A stretch of 64,000 nt of DNA from Bdellovibrio sp. GTDB lineage: Bacteria; Bdellovibrionota; Bdellovibrionia; Bdellovibrionales; Bdellovibrionaceae. The stretch covers positions 888,037 to 952,036 of the forward strand of contig JAKFBS010000002.1 in assembly GCA_036677065.1 (NCBI GenBank), given 5' to 3'. Made by a program: the position numbers and the translations under genes. Of the stretch, positions 10,125-19,343 are shown in pieces; the stretch's first letter is position 1, and the number at the start of each line of letters is the position of its first letter. The notes beneath the pieces are model-generated. The model was not told the DNA's origin. It saw only the letters and a program-made list of their open reading frames with translations, and made no database searches.

Positions 10125-10148
10125 CCCGGATCAATAGCTCCCGGGTTA
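10122..10148. terminator. Hairpin between convergent genes
   Basis: TAACCCGG...CCGGGTTA inverted repeat. Confidence 0.6.
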
Positions 10149-10159
10149 CAAAAGAAAAG

Positions 10160-10420
10160 TTATCCAGCTTGAATTTCTTTTCCATGTTTTTTAATTAGTT
10201 CTATCAACACAGAAGTCTCAATCCCAATAACTTTTTTATTAACTTTACGTCCTTTGAAAACATTGTGGCGTTCATGAAAATCTACAAAGTGGATTTTCCC
10301 ATCTACACACTCTAAGTATGTATGAGAAGTGGTCTCGTCATGACCACTTGCTGATTCATTCCAATTATAGTTAAAATCGATTTTTCCGTTTAATCCTTTT
10401 GACTCTGAAGGCATACACAC
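10160..10420 (-). CDS. Small hypothetical protein
   Basis: 86-aa ORF with AAGGA RBS, ending at the hairpin. Confidence 0.5.
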   Translation of the reverse strand: MCMPSESKGLNGKIDFNYNWNESASGHDETTSHTYLECVDGKIHFVDFHERHNVFKGRKVNKKVIGIETSVLIELIKKHGKEIQAG

Positions 10421-10594
10421 ATTTCCTTATATTTTATGTTTATATCGTTCTCTCTGCTGTGATAAAGCCTTTCATATCTGAAGTAAATGTGATCGCGCAT
10501 GGTCATTTTCACAACAACCATGCCACAGTATGCCAATCCAAAACAAAACACTACCCGTACTGCGTATCTTTACTATTCAGAATCACTGCCTACA

Positions 10595-10642
10595 AGGGTG
10601 CGCCCAAAAAATTAAACCCGCAGAAATGCGGTTTTTTCACTT
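10595..10642 (+). repeat. Trailer remnant (copy 4) / bidirectional terminator
   Basis: AGGGTGCGCCC and ATTAAACCCGCAGAAATGCGGTTTTTT; abuts the desaturase stop codon. Confidence 0.75.
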
Positions 10643-11365
10643 CTGCAACAGTCCAACCTTGCCCGCTAAAATACACAGCCCATATCCAAAATCGATTTCA
10701 CCTTTTACTTTTGCGAAGTTCGCACTTTTAGGAAAAGCGTGATGGTTATTTTGCAGCCCTTCACCAAAAACAAAAAGACTTACAAAAGTATTGTTCGTTG
10801 AATGATCGTTGGTTTCAAAATTTCTATAACCATATTTATGCGCCAACGAATTTACCATCCAGCCATGAACAGGATGGCTCATGATACCAAGGTAATAAGC
10901 AGCTCCAATGATCCAAGCTCCGGTGAAATATCCGAAGGCTATCGAAATCGCTAGATGCAGAAAATATGGTATTAACCACAGTTTTTTTCTGTTCAGTCGA
11001 CTGACTTCAAAATCTATATCAGTCACTAACTGCATATGTTTTTTGTTTTTCTTAATTAGGCCGATCAATGCCCGTTCATAAGAACGAAGCTGACCTAAAG
11101 CCACACCAAACACCCCGAAGCGAACTGGGCTGTGCGGATCATTTTCAGTGTCTGAATACATATGATGGGCCCGGTGCATACACACCCACGCTTTTGGATC
11201 AATGCCCGTTATCCAAATCCCCGTTTTTGAGATCAGCCACATGGATGCCCGGTTTAATTTTACCGAACCGTGCGCAAGGCCTCGGTGGTATAAAACTGTG
11301 ATATAAAAAATGTTTAACAAACTGGCCAATGAAAACACGATGAAGGCGATTAAAAAAGTATTCAC
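10637..11365 (-). CDS. Fatty acid (delta-9 acyl-CoA type) desaturase
   Basis: His boxes YHRGLAH, HRAHH, NNHH; DPHSP. Confidence 0.9.
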   Translation of the reverse strand: MNTFLIAFIVFSLASLLNIFYITVLYHRGLAHGSVKLNRASMWLISKTGIWITGIDPKAWVCMHRAHHMYSDTENDPHSPVRFGVFGVALGQLRSYERALIGLIKKNKKHMQLVTDIDFEVSRLNRKKLWLIPYFLHLAISIAFGYFTGAWIIGAAYYLGIMSHPVHGWMVNSLAHKYGYRNFETNDHSTNNTFVSLFVFGEGLQNNHHAFPKSANFAKVKGEIDFGYGLCILAGKVGLLQK

Positions 11366-11514
11366 TCTAAATCCTCGCCTTTAAAATCGAACTCAAAATC
11401 AAATGGGTCTGCTAAAAAATAGACTGAAACCAACTTCTTTAATTTTCGCTTAAGCTTGTTCTTTTTACGACGCAAGATGCGCTGGGCAAGGGCTTTGTTT
11501 ACGACTATAGTCAT
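11362..11514 (-). CDS. 50-aa small protein upstream of the desaturase (not in ORF track)
   Basis: AGGAG RBS; MTIVVNKALAQRILRRKKNKLKRKLKKLVSVYFLADPFDFEFDFKGEDLE; TGA overlaps the desaturase GTG. Confidence 0.6.
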   Translation of the reverse strand: MTIVVNKALAQRILRRKKNKLKRKLKKLVSVYFLADPFDFEFDFKGEDLE

Positions 11515-11524
11515 ATATTCTCCT

Positions 11525-11620
11525 AGTTAACGATTGTATCTTTATTATGAGTTAATTTTCTATATCAAGAGGTAAATTTACGATTCAAACGTTTATAATG
11601 CCAGTATACACACGTTTACT
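11525..11620. promoter_or_regulatory. Two FabR/DesT-like operators (11525-11542, 11603-11620)
   Basis: AGTTAACGATTGTATCTT and AGTATACACACGTTTACT, 18-bp imperfect palindromes between desaturase and TetR gene. Confidence 0.55.
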
Positions 11621-11682
11621 GAGTTTGGCAACAGGCCATTTTTGCATTGACTAAGCTATTGAAATTACGACACAATACCAAC

Positions 11683-12342
11683 ATGAGCCAACGATCAGAA
11701 CAAAAGTCCAAAACAAGAGATCAATTAATAGCCTCTGGCTTAAAACTTAGCGGCAAAAAAGGTTTTTCCGCGTTGAGCTTACGCGAAGTCGCAACTGACG
11801 CCGGCATTACACCAGCGGGCTTTTATAAACATTTTCACGACATGGAAGAATTAGGTTTAGCTATGCTAGACGAAGTTGGCCTAAGCCTTCGCAGACTGTT
11901 ACGCGAAGCTCGCAAAAAAGTTGCGCCAGGCCCTGATGCTGTTCGATTATCAGTAGAAGCTTTTTTAAAATTTATTACCGAAAACGGAAACCTATTTCGT
12001 TTGCTGTTAGGCGAACGCCAAGGCGCAAGTCCCACGTTTAGAAAAGCTATTCATACTGAATTCGATAGATTCGTTAGTGAAATGAGTGTCGATTTACAAA
12101 GAATCCACGAAGGTTTGAAATTACCGCTGCGCGACCCTGCTATGACAGCAGAGGCTATTGTAGCCATTGTATTTACACTGGGTGCAGAAGCGCTGGATTT
12201 ACCAAAGCATAAGCAAATTGGGCTTGTCGAGCGCCTAACGACGCATGTTCAGACGATACTTCGTGGCTCTATTGATCAAGAGCGAAAAGCAAGTAAACCG
12301 CAAAAATCTAATCCGCGACGTACTCGCCCGCCGGTGGAGTAA
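11683..12342 (+). CDS. fabR: TetR-family regulator, FabR/DesT-like
   Basis: LSLREVA...GITPAGFYKHFHDMEELGLAMLDEVGLSLRRLLREAR; divergent from desaturase. Confidence 0.75.
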   Translation: MSQRSEQKSKTRDQLIASGLKLSGKKGFSALSLREVATDAGITPAGFYKHFHDMEELGLAMLDEVGLSLRRLLREARKKVAPGPDAVRLSVEAFLKFITENGNLFRLLLGERQGASPTFRKAIHTEFDRFVSEMSVDLQRIHEGLKLPLRDPAMTAEAIVAIVFTLGAEALDLPKHKQIGLVERLTTHVQTILRGSIDQERKASKPQKSNPRRTRPPVE

Positions 12343-14713
12343 AACTCGTATTCCAGCGAACAATCTGGCTGACGCGAACTTCATCGACGACGCCGTTTAA
12401 AGAAGTCGTGCCATTATAACCAACGCGAAGGGCTGCCGTCGAAGCCGCTAAGCGGCTTGAGCCTACAGTACCAATACTTGATGTGCCTTTAGCAACGCCG
12501 TTAAAATAATATTTGATCGAGCCCAAATTCCACGTCAGGGCCACATGGTTGAAGCCCGCAGTCAAAGCTGTTTCTTCGGCTGCTGTAAAACTCGTCGATT
12601 TAACTTCGCTGAATGTTGTGCCGTTGGTGCTGCCGCGAAAATAAATAAAATATTTTGAGCCCTGTTTTCGAATACCGTATTCGAAACTGGCCAGAGAAGA
12701 TCCAGAATTAATTTTTGACACCACCGGAGCGTAACTTCCCGGCAGAGAATTTAATTGTACAAATGCTTCTAAGGTTAAATAACTGCCGATCGCGGCCTGT
12801 GATGGCGTATTGGCCACTGTCACATAGTTTGAAGTCGTATTCATACTTCGGCCTTCAGAAAATTTACCGGCTACACTCCCCGAAGAGTTATCGCTTAAAT
12901 CATTTTTAGCGCCGCCGCTATATAGGCCTGCATCAGCTAATGGTGAAGTGCTATTAAGATGGTAAAGAGCAATACTTTTGTAAGATTCTTGCGTCCATGT
13001 GTAAGTCGCTGGCGTGCTGTCGCTGTTTCCGGCTTGGTCAAGCGCGCGAATGTTTAACGAGTGTGAACCATTGGCCAACGAAGAGTAATTTAATGGCGAC
13101 ACGCATGTGCTATAAGCTGCCCCGTCTAAACTGCATTGAAACGTGACTGGCGATTCGTTTGATGAAAACGTAAAAGTTGAAACCATCGAATAATTAGTAC
13201 TGTTTGGTTGCGAAGCCATTGTTGTCGTTGGCTCGACTGTATCTTTTGTCCAAGTCTTCGCGGTGGCGGCTGAATCGCTGACACCATTTGTTTGATAAAC
13301 ACTTAAATTATAAGTGCCATCTGGTTTGCTAATCGTGTAGCCGAATTCTGAATCAACACATACCACAGATAAGCTGTTGCTCGGGGCAATAACATCTGTT
13401 GCACTGACGCCTTGTAAAACAACGGTCAGACCTGTTTCGCAAGCTCCGCTAAGATTTAACTCAACAACATTACTAATAAAAGGCTGCGCCGAAGGAGATA
13501 CGATGGTGACCATCGGCAACGCAAAAGAATCTCTGATCCAATCCTGGTTTGCTGCACCTGATGTGTTTTGTGCTAAATCCGTTTGATCAATGGCATAAGA
13601 ATACGTGCCATCCACGGTCTGAGAAACTGAAAACGTAAAACCCTGCGAAATACAAACCACCGACTGGTTGTCATCTCCGGTTAAATTTACCGTAGCATTA
13701 TTTTCACAACTGCCTGTTATAACTAACATTGAACTGGTTGTTGCCGGCGAAAGTGTTGGCGATGTGATAACTGGCGCAGCCGGAATTTGCGTGTCATACA
13801 CCCACTGAAAATCATAAGTCGCCGATTCAATTAATGTAACAGCATCGATTTGATAAACTGAAAGTGTGTACGTTCCATCAACTCCTTTCGGAATATTGAT
13901 CGTGTAAGTTCCACTTGCCGTACAAGTCGTATTTGCCAGACTGACACCCGCTTCAGAAATATGAACTACGTTACTGGCAACACAAGAACCTGCCACCACC
14001 AGCGGAGAAAAGTTTGTGTAATGTGGATTATCAGCGAAATTAGTGATCGCCGGCGTCGCAGGAATTGTTGTGTCGCGAACCCAAGTAAAAGTGACTGCCG
14101 TCGAAGAATTTGTGGCCAAATCAATCTGACTTAAATAATAATTATAAGCGCCATCACTAGCTTGATTAATATTGTTAATTGAAAAAGTTCCGCCAGCGCA
14201 TGATGTTGTTGCCGTATGGCTTCCGGTCATAACCACAGAGGCACCGGTTTCGCATTGGCCAGTCAGGCTCAAAGTAGAATCACCCGAAGTAAGCGGGTTG
14301 GTTAACGGACTCGTAATAATAATTTCAGCAGGCACATTATTATCTAAAACCCAAGACACCCTGACATTTCCTGAACTGCCGGCGCCATTGGATTGACTGA
14401 CATCAAGAAAATAATCACCGCTTAAAGTTTTTGAAACAGTAAAACTATAAGAACTAGAAATGCACGAAACGCTTTGCGTATCATCGCCACTCAACGTAAC
14501 AGTTGCGCCAGATTCGCAGACACCGGTAATAGTTAACGCTTGGTTGGTTAGGGCATTAAGTGAAATAGGATTAGCCACCGTTGGTTTAGCAGGAGCGCTC
14601 ACCACGGGAGTTTCTGAAGGAGCTGTTCCCTCATCTTCGGTTTTTTTACTGCAACTACTAAAAGTCAGCGCAGTAAGCGCTATGAATAATAAGTAAACGT
14701 ACAACAAACGCAT
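12308..14713 (-). CDS. Lipoprotein with tandem Ig-like repeats and C-terminal LamG/concanavalin domain (adhesin-like)
   Basis: Lipobox FSSC, repeated I/L-x-G-x-CE-x-GA modules, FQCSLDG, HVALTW...YFNG...GVVDEVRVS. Confidence 0.8.
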   Translation of the reverse strand: MRLLYVYLLFIALTALTFSSCSKKTEDEGTAPSETPVVSAPAKPTVANPISLNALTNQALTITGVCESGATVTLSGDDTQSVSCISSSYSFTVSKTLSGDYFLDVSQSNGAGSSGNVRVSWVLDNNVPAEIIITSPLTNPLTSGDSTLSLTGQCETGASVVMTGSHTATTSCAGGTFSINNINQASDGAYNYYLSQIDLATNSSTAVTFTWVRDTTIPATPAITNFADNPHYTNFSPLVVAGSCVASNVVHISEAGVSLANTTCTASGTYTINIPKGVDGTYTLSVYQIDAVTLIESATYDFQWVYDTQIPAAPVITSPTLSPATTSSMLVITGSCENNATVNLTGDDNQSVVCISQGFTFSVSQTVDGTYSYAIDQTDLAQNTSGAANQDWIRDSFALPMVTIVSPSAQPFISNVVELNLSGACETGLTVVLQGVSATDVIAPSNSLSVVCVDSEFGYTISKPDGTYNLSVYQTNGVSDSAATAKTWTKDTVEPTTTMASQPNSTNYSMVSTFTFSSNESPVTFQCSLDGAAYSTCVSPLNYSSLANGSHSLNIRALDQAGNSDSTPATYTWTQESYKSIALYHLNSTSPLADAGLYSGGAKNDLSDNSSGSVAGKFSEGRSMNTTSNYVTVANTPSQAAIGSYLTLEAFVQLNSLPGSYAPVVSKINSGSSLASFEYGIRKQGSKYFIYFRGSTNGTTFSEVKSTSFTAAEETALTAGFNHVALTWNLGSIKYYFNGVAKGTSSIGTVGSSRLAASTAALRVGYNGTTSLNGVVDEVRVSQIVRWNTSFTPPAGEYVAD

Positions 14714-14799
14714 AACTAAATTATACCTGTTTCTCTTAGCCTTTTAAATGAAAGTTCTTGGAGCGTATTAAATTGAGACCTTTACGAACAATTCTTTAT

Positions 14800-15195
14800 T
14801 TATTGCGTAACATCATTGAGAGTCTTTTGAGCCAGCGAGTTAAGAAAGGCCTGTAAAGCATCAGACAGGCTCTTTTTAAGCGAACAACGGTTTTGGAATA
14901 CACAGTCGCAATTCCTGTCGGAGAAACATTCAGCTATATAAAACGAAGGTTCTATCTTCAGGATAATTTCTTTAAGAGTTCGGCGCCCGGTTTGGTCGGT
15001 GATCAGAAGACCACCGGCACGGCCGCGGCTGGTTTCAATAAAATTTAGTTTCGCAAGCTGATTTGAAACTTTAATCAGATTATTTTTCGAGATGCCGACT
15101 TTCTCTGTGAGCTCGTTTAAAGTAACAAGTCTTTTGTGTTCGTTTAAGTACATAAGCACTCTTAAAGAATAATCAGTATGATCTGTTAAACGCAT
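14800..15195 (-). CDS. nsrR: Rrf2-family regulator, NsrR-like
   Basis: TDYSLRVLMYL, RGRAGG, three-Cys cluster C-x6-C-x5-C. Confidence 0.8.
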   Translation of the reverse strand: MRLTDHTDYSLRVLMYLNEHKRLVTLNELTEKVGISKNNLIKVSNQLAKLNFIETSRGRAGGLLITDQTGRRTLKEIILKIEPSFYIAECFSDRNCDCVFQNRCSLKKSLSDALQAFLNSLAQKTLNDVTQ

Positions 15196-15208
15196 TGGCT
15201 GTACTCCT

Positions 15209-16330
15209 CTAACATGACGGCTTCGCCTGCGGACCAGGCTTGAAGATTTTGGGTAAAAATGTGAAACACCAACTTACAACTGCAAGTAGCCAAAATGTTG
15301 CTGCCAGATGCAGATAACTTGTCTTCCATAACCCGTCTGAAAACCCATATAAAATTCTTGAAATAATAGCCAAGACCAAAAAAACGACAAGACACCAAAG
15401 AGCCGGCGATTTCATTTCAAGATCGGTAGAGTACGCCCCGTGCGCCAATGTCACGCGTGTAGCAACAGCAAATGTGATCAAGCCAAAACAGCCGATAAAA
15501 AGAAAATGCAACCACGTAAGATACATCGCAGGCTGAAGCCAAATAAGAAAAAAACTTAAGGGAATCATTGCCGCAACAATTCGAACACCATATTTTAAGG
15601 CTGATGGACGCTCGGATGGCCGCTGAATTTGCCAAATTTTAAAAAGATATACCAACGACAACAACGTAAGGCCAAGATAGGCCATTGTGACGCCAAGCCC
15701 AGCTACATAAAGAAGCCCTGCCATCAAAACCCCTGCACTATGAAAGAAAAGGCGAAGCCATAGCGACGTTATATTTTCGAACGCCGATGGAAGCCCCGAA
15801 AGAAACGAAAAAAACCGGGTTCCAATACCTAACACCAACAGCAAAGTTGTGCCAACATGGTAAAGATGAATTCCCATAAAGGAATTTCCGCTAAAATGAA
15901 AGTATGAGCCCAGCAGAGCAAGAATCATAGCCATGCCCACGTGAGAGAAAAAAACTGGAACCGGCTTGGTCAATTTAAGAATTCTTCGCCCGCCAAAAAA
16001 AATCATGAATAAAATCAGCAGAGCTTGATTGGTGTAAAAAAACCTCGCGTCTACTTTCCAGGAAAAAACCGTCTGACCGATCAACAAAGCCGAAGCGAAA
16101 AGATATTCGATTTTATTCGCACCTGCAGTTCCTGACATACGCGGCATTGCGGTCATTAAAAAACCAACGATAAAACACCACAAAAATCCACCGGCGATAA
16201 GTTTCGAGTGAATCAGCAAAGCAGGGCTTTCAAACCAGCCCAGGTTTTGCACGAACCAAACACCGACAGCCAGTAATGCATTTAAAATACCTAATGGAAA
16301 AAACAACTGATAGGGCGAAATATTTTTCAT
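15209..16330 (-). CDS. nnrS: NnrS family membrane protein
   Basis: PYQLFFPLG, GFLMTAMP, RVTLAHG; multi-TM. Confidence 0.8.
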   Translation of the reverse strand: MKNISPYQLFFPLGILNALLAVGVWFVQNLGWFESPALLIHSKLIAGGFLWCFIVGFLMTAMPRMSGTAGANKIEYLFASALLIGQTVFSWKVDARFFYTNQALLILFMIFFGGRRILKLTKPVPVFFSHVGMAMILALLGSYFHFSGNSFMGIHLYHVGTTLLLVLGIGTRFFSFLSGLPSAFENITSLWLRLFFHSAGVLMAGLLYVAGLGVTMAYLGLTLLSLVYLFKIWQIQRPSERPSALKYGVRIVAAMIPLSFFLIWLQPAMYLTWLHFLFIGCFGLITFAVATRVTLAHGAYSTDLEMKSPALWCLVVFLVLAIISRILYGFSDGLWKTSYLHLAATFWLLAVVSWCFTFLPKIFKPGPQAKPSC

Positions 16331-16377
16331 GCTTTTATACCTACTAAAATCCTTCAAGCAGATTGACAACTTACTAA

Positions 16378-16400
16378 ATGTTGCATATCAAATACAACAT
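16378..16400. promoter_or_regulatory. NsrR-type 11-1-11 operator
   Basis: ATGTTGCATAT-C-AAATACAACAT between divergent nnrS and globin genes. Confidence 0.7.
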
Positions 16401-16442
16401 TACAACGAAATTTGCTAAATAGACTGCCAAAGCGAGGTTTAA

Positions 16443-16877
16443 ATGAAACAAGACGAATCAGCAAAAGCCGGCAAAACTGTGAAACTTAATGGGATCGAAT
16501 TCACTCACGATGATATTTTTCGCGTTGTCGATAATTTTTATGACCGTATTCAACAAGACCCTGCACTTCAGGTTCCGTTTAAGTCTGTCGAAGACTGGCC
16601 GGAACACATTCGAAATCTTACTCATTTTTGGTGGACACGCTTTGGTGGCCAGCCCTATCTCTTCAATTTTTACAATCCAGTTGAGAAGCATTTTTTCGCA
16701 GGGTTCAACCAAGAACTTTTAACCAGATGGCTTTTTCTTTTTTCTGAAACCCTTCAGACCCAGCTAAAACCCGAGCAAGCGGCCCTATGGACGTTAATTT
16801 CAGAACGCATGGGCGAAGGTTTATCGATAAAAAACGAACTTTATAAAAAAGAATATGAAGCGCGAGAACGAAAATAA
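16443..16877 (+). CDS. Group III truncated hemoglobin
   Basis: VDNFYDRI..DP, DWPEHI..LTHFWW, P..KH, RWLFLF. Confidence 0.85.
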   Translation: MKQDESAKAGKTVKLNGIEFTHDDIFRVVDNFYDRIQQDPALQVPFKSVEDWPEHIRNLTHFWWTRFGGQPYLFNFYNPVEKHFFAGFNQELLTRWLFLFSETLQTQLKPEQAALWTLISERMGEGLSIKNELYKKEYEARERK

Positions 16878-16886
16878 TTCTCACTT

Positions 16887-17702
16887 CTATGGACAAATGA
16901 GAATGGGTTTATTCACAGAGCGAACGATCTTTGTCGCAACTTTACCGAGCAAGGGATTTCTTCTGTTTTTATCCCGAGGTGATAACGCAACAATATCAAA
17001 CTCTTTAGATTTTTTTTCTACTCTATCTAAAATATTTCCATTGCTACGCACCATTTTAAGGTCTGGATGTGTTTTTGAAAACTTAGCAAAAATTTTATCA
17101 TCTTCATCATGAATCTGTTTAACCATTTCTTTGTGAACCGGAAAGTTCAATATCGGAATAAGATTAGGAATCACATGATAAAGCTCTAACCTAGGATGAA
17201 TACTGGATTCGAAAGATTTAACTTGCATCAAAGTATGATCAGTTTGCTCAGTAAAATCAGAAGGAATCAGAATGCGTTTTGGAAGCAGTGCGCGTCGGCC
17301 TCGATGCACCCACACCGGAAACGGCGAAAGAGTGGCCACCTTTTCTGCAGTGCTACCCAAAAAGAAGCGAGCCAGTTTACTATACCCTTTATGACCCACG
17401 ATGATTAACGGCACTTGCTCGACTTTTTTGCCGGCATCAATTAATTGTTCAGCGGGGTCTCCCATTTTAACAAGGATATTTGGATTTTCGGGTAACTTAT
17501 ACGTTTTTCGAATCAGAAACTTCATTCTTAAGACAAATTCATCGACTGTATCGCCCAGAGTTTGAAAATAATCATGCGCATAGACATAGGTTAACGGCAC
17601 TTTCATCGTTTCGGATAATTTTTGCGCTTCTTTGACTACGATTTTTGAATACTTTGAAAAATCTATTCCAACTATAATGTGCCTGATTTCTTGATTCTGC
17701 AT
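16887..17702 (-). CDS. Tandem universal stress protein (USP), paralog 1
   Basis: IIVGIDFS, LGSTAEKV, second USP domain, KPILICP. Confidence 0.9.
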   Translation of the reverse strand: MQNQEIRHIIVGIDFSKYSKIVVKEAQKLSETMKVPLTYVYAHDYFQTLGDTVDEFVLRMKFLIRKTYKLPENPNILVKMGDPAEQLIDAGKKVEQVPLIIVGHKGYSKLARFFLGSTAEKVATLSPFPVWVHRGRRALLPKRILIPSDFTEQTDHTLMQVKSFESSIHPRLELYHVIPNLIPILNFPVHKEMVKQIHDEDDKIFAKFSKTHPDLKMVRSNGNILDRVEKKSKEFDIVALSPRDKNRRNPLLGKVATKIVRSVNKPILICP

Positions 17703-17744
17703 TTAAATACCATTTTGCCTCTCGTGAACTTTCATTCTAACAAG

Positions 17745-17760
17745 TGCGAAGGCCATGCCA
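17745..17760 (-). promoter_or_regulatory. Putative sigma54 promoter
   Basis: TGGCATGGCCTTCGCA (GG-N10-GC) upstream of the USP gene. Confidence 0.55.
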
Positions 17761-17812
17761 CTGATGAAAGCCGACACACCAATAGATTTGTCGACTTCAT
17801 GCGATGTAGTTC

Positions 17813-18595
17813 TTATTTAGCCGAGAGCTGGCGATCGATAATATCTTTAAATGCGGCCAATGGATAAGCTCCTTTTAAAGAGATGCCATTAACTAAATAT
17901 CCAGGTGTTCCTGAAATACTAAATTTTTGCGCTTCTGCCGTGTCGGCATCAATACGTTGAGCAATTTTTTCACTTTTCAGCGCAGCCTCTACTTTTTTCA
18001 AATCCGCACCGACTTTTTTAGCTAACTCTTTAAAAAGAGCTTCGCCTTTATCTTTCATTTCACCTTGTTTTTCAAAAACTAAGTCATGAAATTTTTCAGC
18101 TTTGGCGTGATCTTGCATCGCGATCGCTTCAAAATAACGGGCCGCTGGCATTGCTAATGGATGAAAATCTAAAGGTAAATGTTTATAAACGATTCGCACC
18201 TTATCGCCATATTCTTTTTTAAGCTGCTGCATTGTTTGATAGCCACGCGAGCAGTACGGACATTCAAAATCAGAATATTCAACAATTGTAATTGGTGCAG
18301 ACTTATTACCAAAGATAACGCGACCTTCTTCAATCTCGGGTTTTAAAGGGTTTTTAAATTCTTCTTCGCGCTGTTTTTGTTCATCCTGCTGGGCACGCTC
18401 AGCAGCGACTTTCTGGGCGTTCTGTTGGGCTTTCATGACCACTTCGATAAATTGATCAGGAGCTTTTTCAATGGCCGTGAAAACAATTGAGGGATCTTTT
18501 TCGACGGCCTCTTTAATTTGTTGTGCACTCGGCGCACAAGATGCCAGTAAAAGCCCTATAATTGATATTTTTAATAGTCCACTAAGTTGATTCAT
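17813..18595 (-). CDS. DsbA-family thiol-disulfide oxidoreductase lipoprotein
   Basis: Lipobox LASC, DFECPYC, GTP cis-Pro loop; GGAGG RBS before ATG 18595. Confidence 0.9.
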   Translation of the reverse strand: MNQLSGLLKISIIGLLLASCAPSAQQIKEAVEKDPSIVFTAIEKAPDQFIEVVMKAQQNAQKVAAERAQQDEQKQREEEFKNPLKPEIEEGRVIFGNKSAPITIVEYSDFECPYCSRGYQTMQQLKKEYGDKVRIVYKHLPLDFHPLAMPAARYFEAIAMQDHAKAEKFHDLVFEKQGEMKDKGEALFKELAKKVGADLKKVEAALKSEKIAQRIDADTAEAQKFSISGTPGYLVNGISLKGAYPLAAFKDIIDRQLSAK

Positions 18596-18683
18596 TGAAT
18601 CCTCCATTAAGATGTTGGAGTTCAGAATAACAGCAGGCTTTTTTGTCATGTCACAGCTGTGCGAATAGTTTGTAAATTAAACT

Positions 18684-19343
18684 TTACAAAACTTTTAATC
18701 GATACCCGACCGAACGTACCGTTTCGATAAGTTGATCATCGGTTTTCTGCCTTAAAAGCATGATATGCGTATCTACGGTACGAGTTGTCGGGTAAACCTC
18801 GTAGCCCCAGACTTTATTTAAAATCTCATCCCGGGAAAAAACTTTTTCCGGACTTTCGGCAAGTAAGACCAAAAGTTCAAATTCTTTTTTAACCAGTTGA
18901 ACATCCATATTTTTAAAACTGACTTTATGGCGGATGCGATCAATGATTAACGACCCCACAGTTAAAGTTCCTGTAGATTCTTGCACTTTGGTTCTTAGCT
19001 GTACACGTAGTCTGGCAATCAGTTCGCGAGGTTCAAAAGGCTTAGTTAAATAATCATTAGCCCCCATTTCTAAGCCAAGAACTTTATCCATAGTCTCGGC
19101 CCGTGCCGTCAAAAAAATTACCGGCGTCTGAATATCTTGCTTGCGAATTTCTATGAGAAAATCCAACCCTTGGCCATCAGGTAACATCCAATCCAGAATA
19201 ATAAGATCAGGTTTTACTTTTAACTGCTCCCGAGCTTGGACCAAGCTTTCGCAAATAGTTACTTGATGACCTTCTTTTAAAATAAGATCTTTCAGAGGTA
19301 AACTGATATTCTGATGGTCTTCAATAATCATTACATGCGGCAT
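18684..19343 (-). CDS. OmpR-family response regulator (VxrB-like)
   Basis: REC domain plus wHTH, TRTVDTHI, ETVRSVGY. Confidence 0.9.
   Translation of the reverse strand: MPHVMIIEDHQNISLPLKDLILKEGHQVTICESLVQAREQLKVKPDLIILDWMLPDGQGLDFLIEIRKQDIQTPVIFLTARAETMDKVLGLEMGANDYLTKPFEPRELIARLRVQLRTKVQESTGTLTVGSLIIDRIRHKVSFKNMDVQLVKKEFELLVLLAESPEKVFSRDEILNKVWGYEVYPTTRTVDTHIMLLRQKTDDQLIETVRSVGYRLKVL

Noticed and set aside
371..10642. Trailer repeats as a CRISPR array or integron attC array
   Set aside because: Spacing is kilobases and irregular, copies are partial, and there are no cas or intI genes or GTTRRRY/RYYYAAC ends
17761..17812. TGACA-type activator sites for the USP-1 promoter
   Set aside because: Only half-site-like matches and none at the conserved spacing
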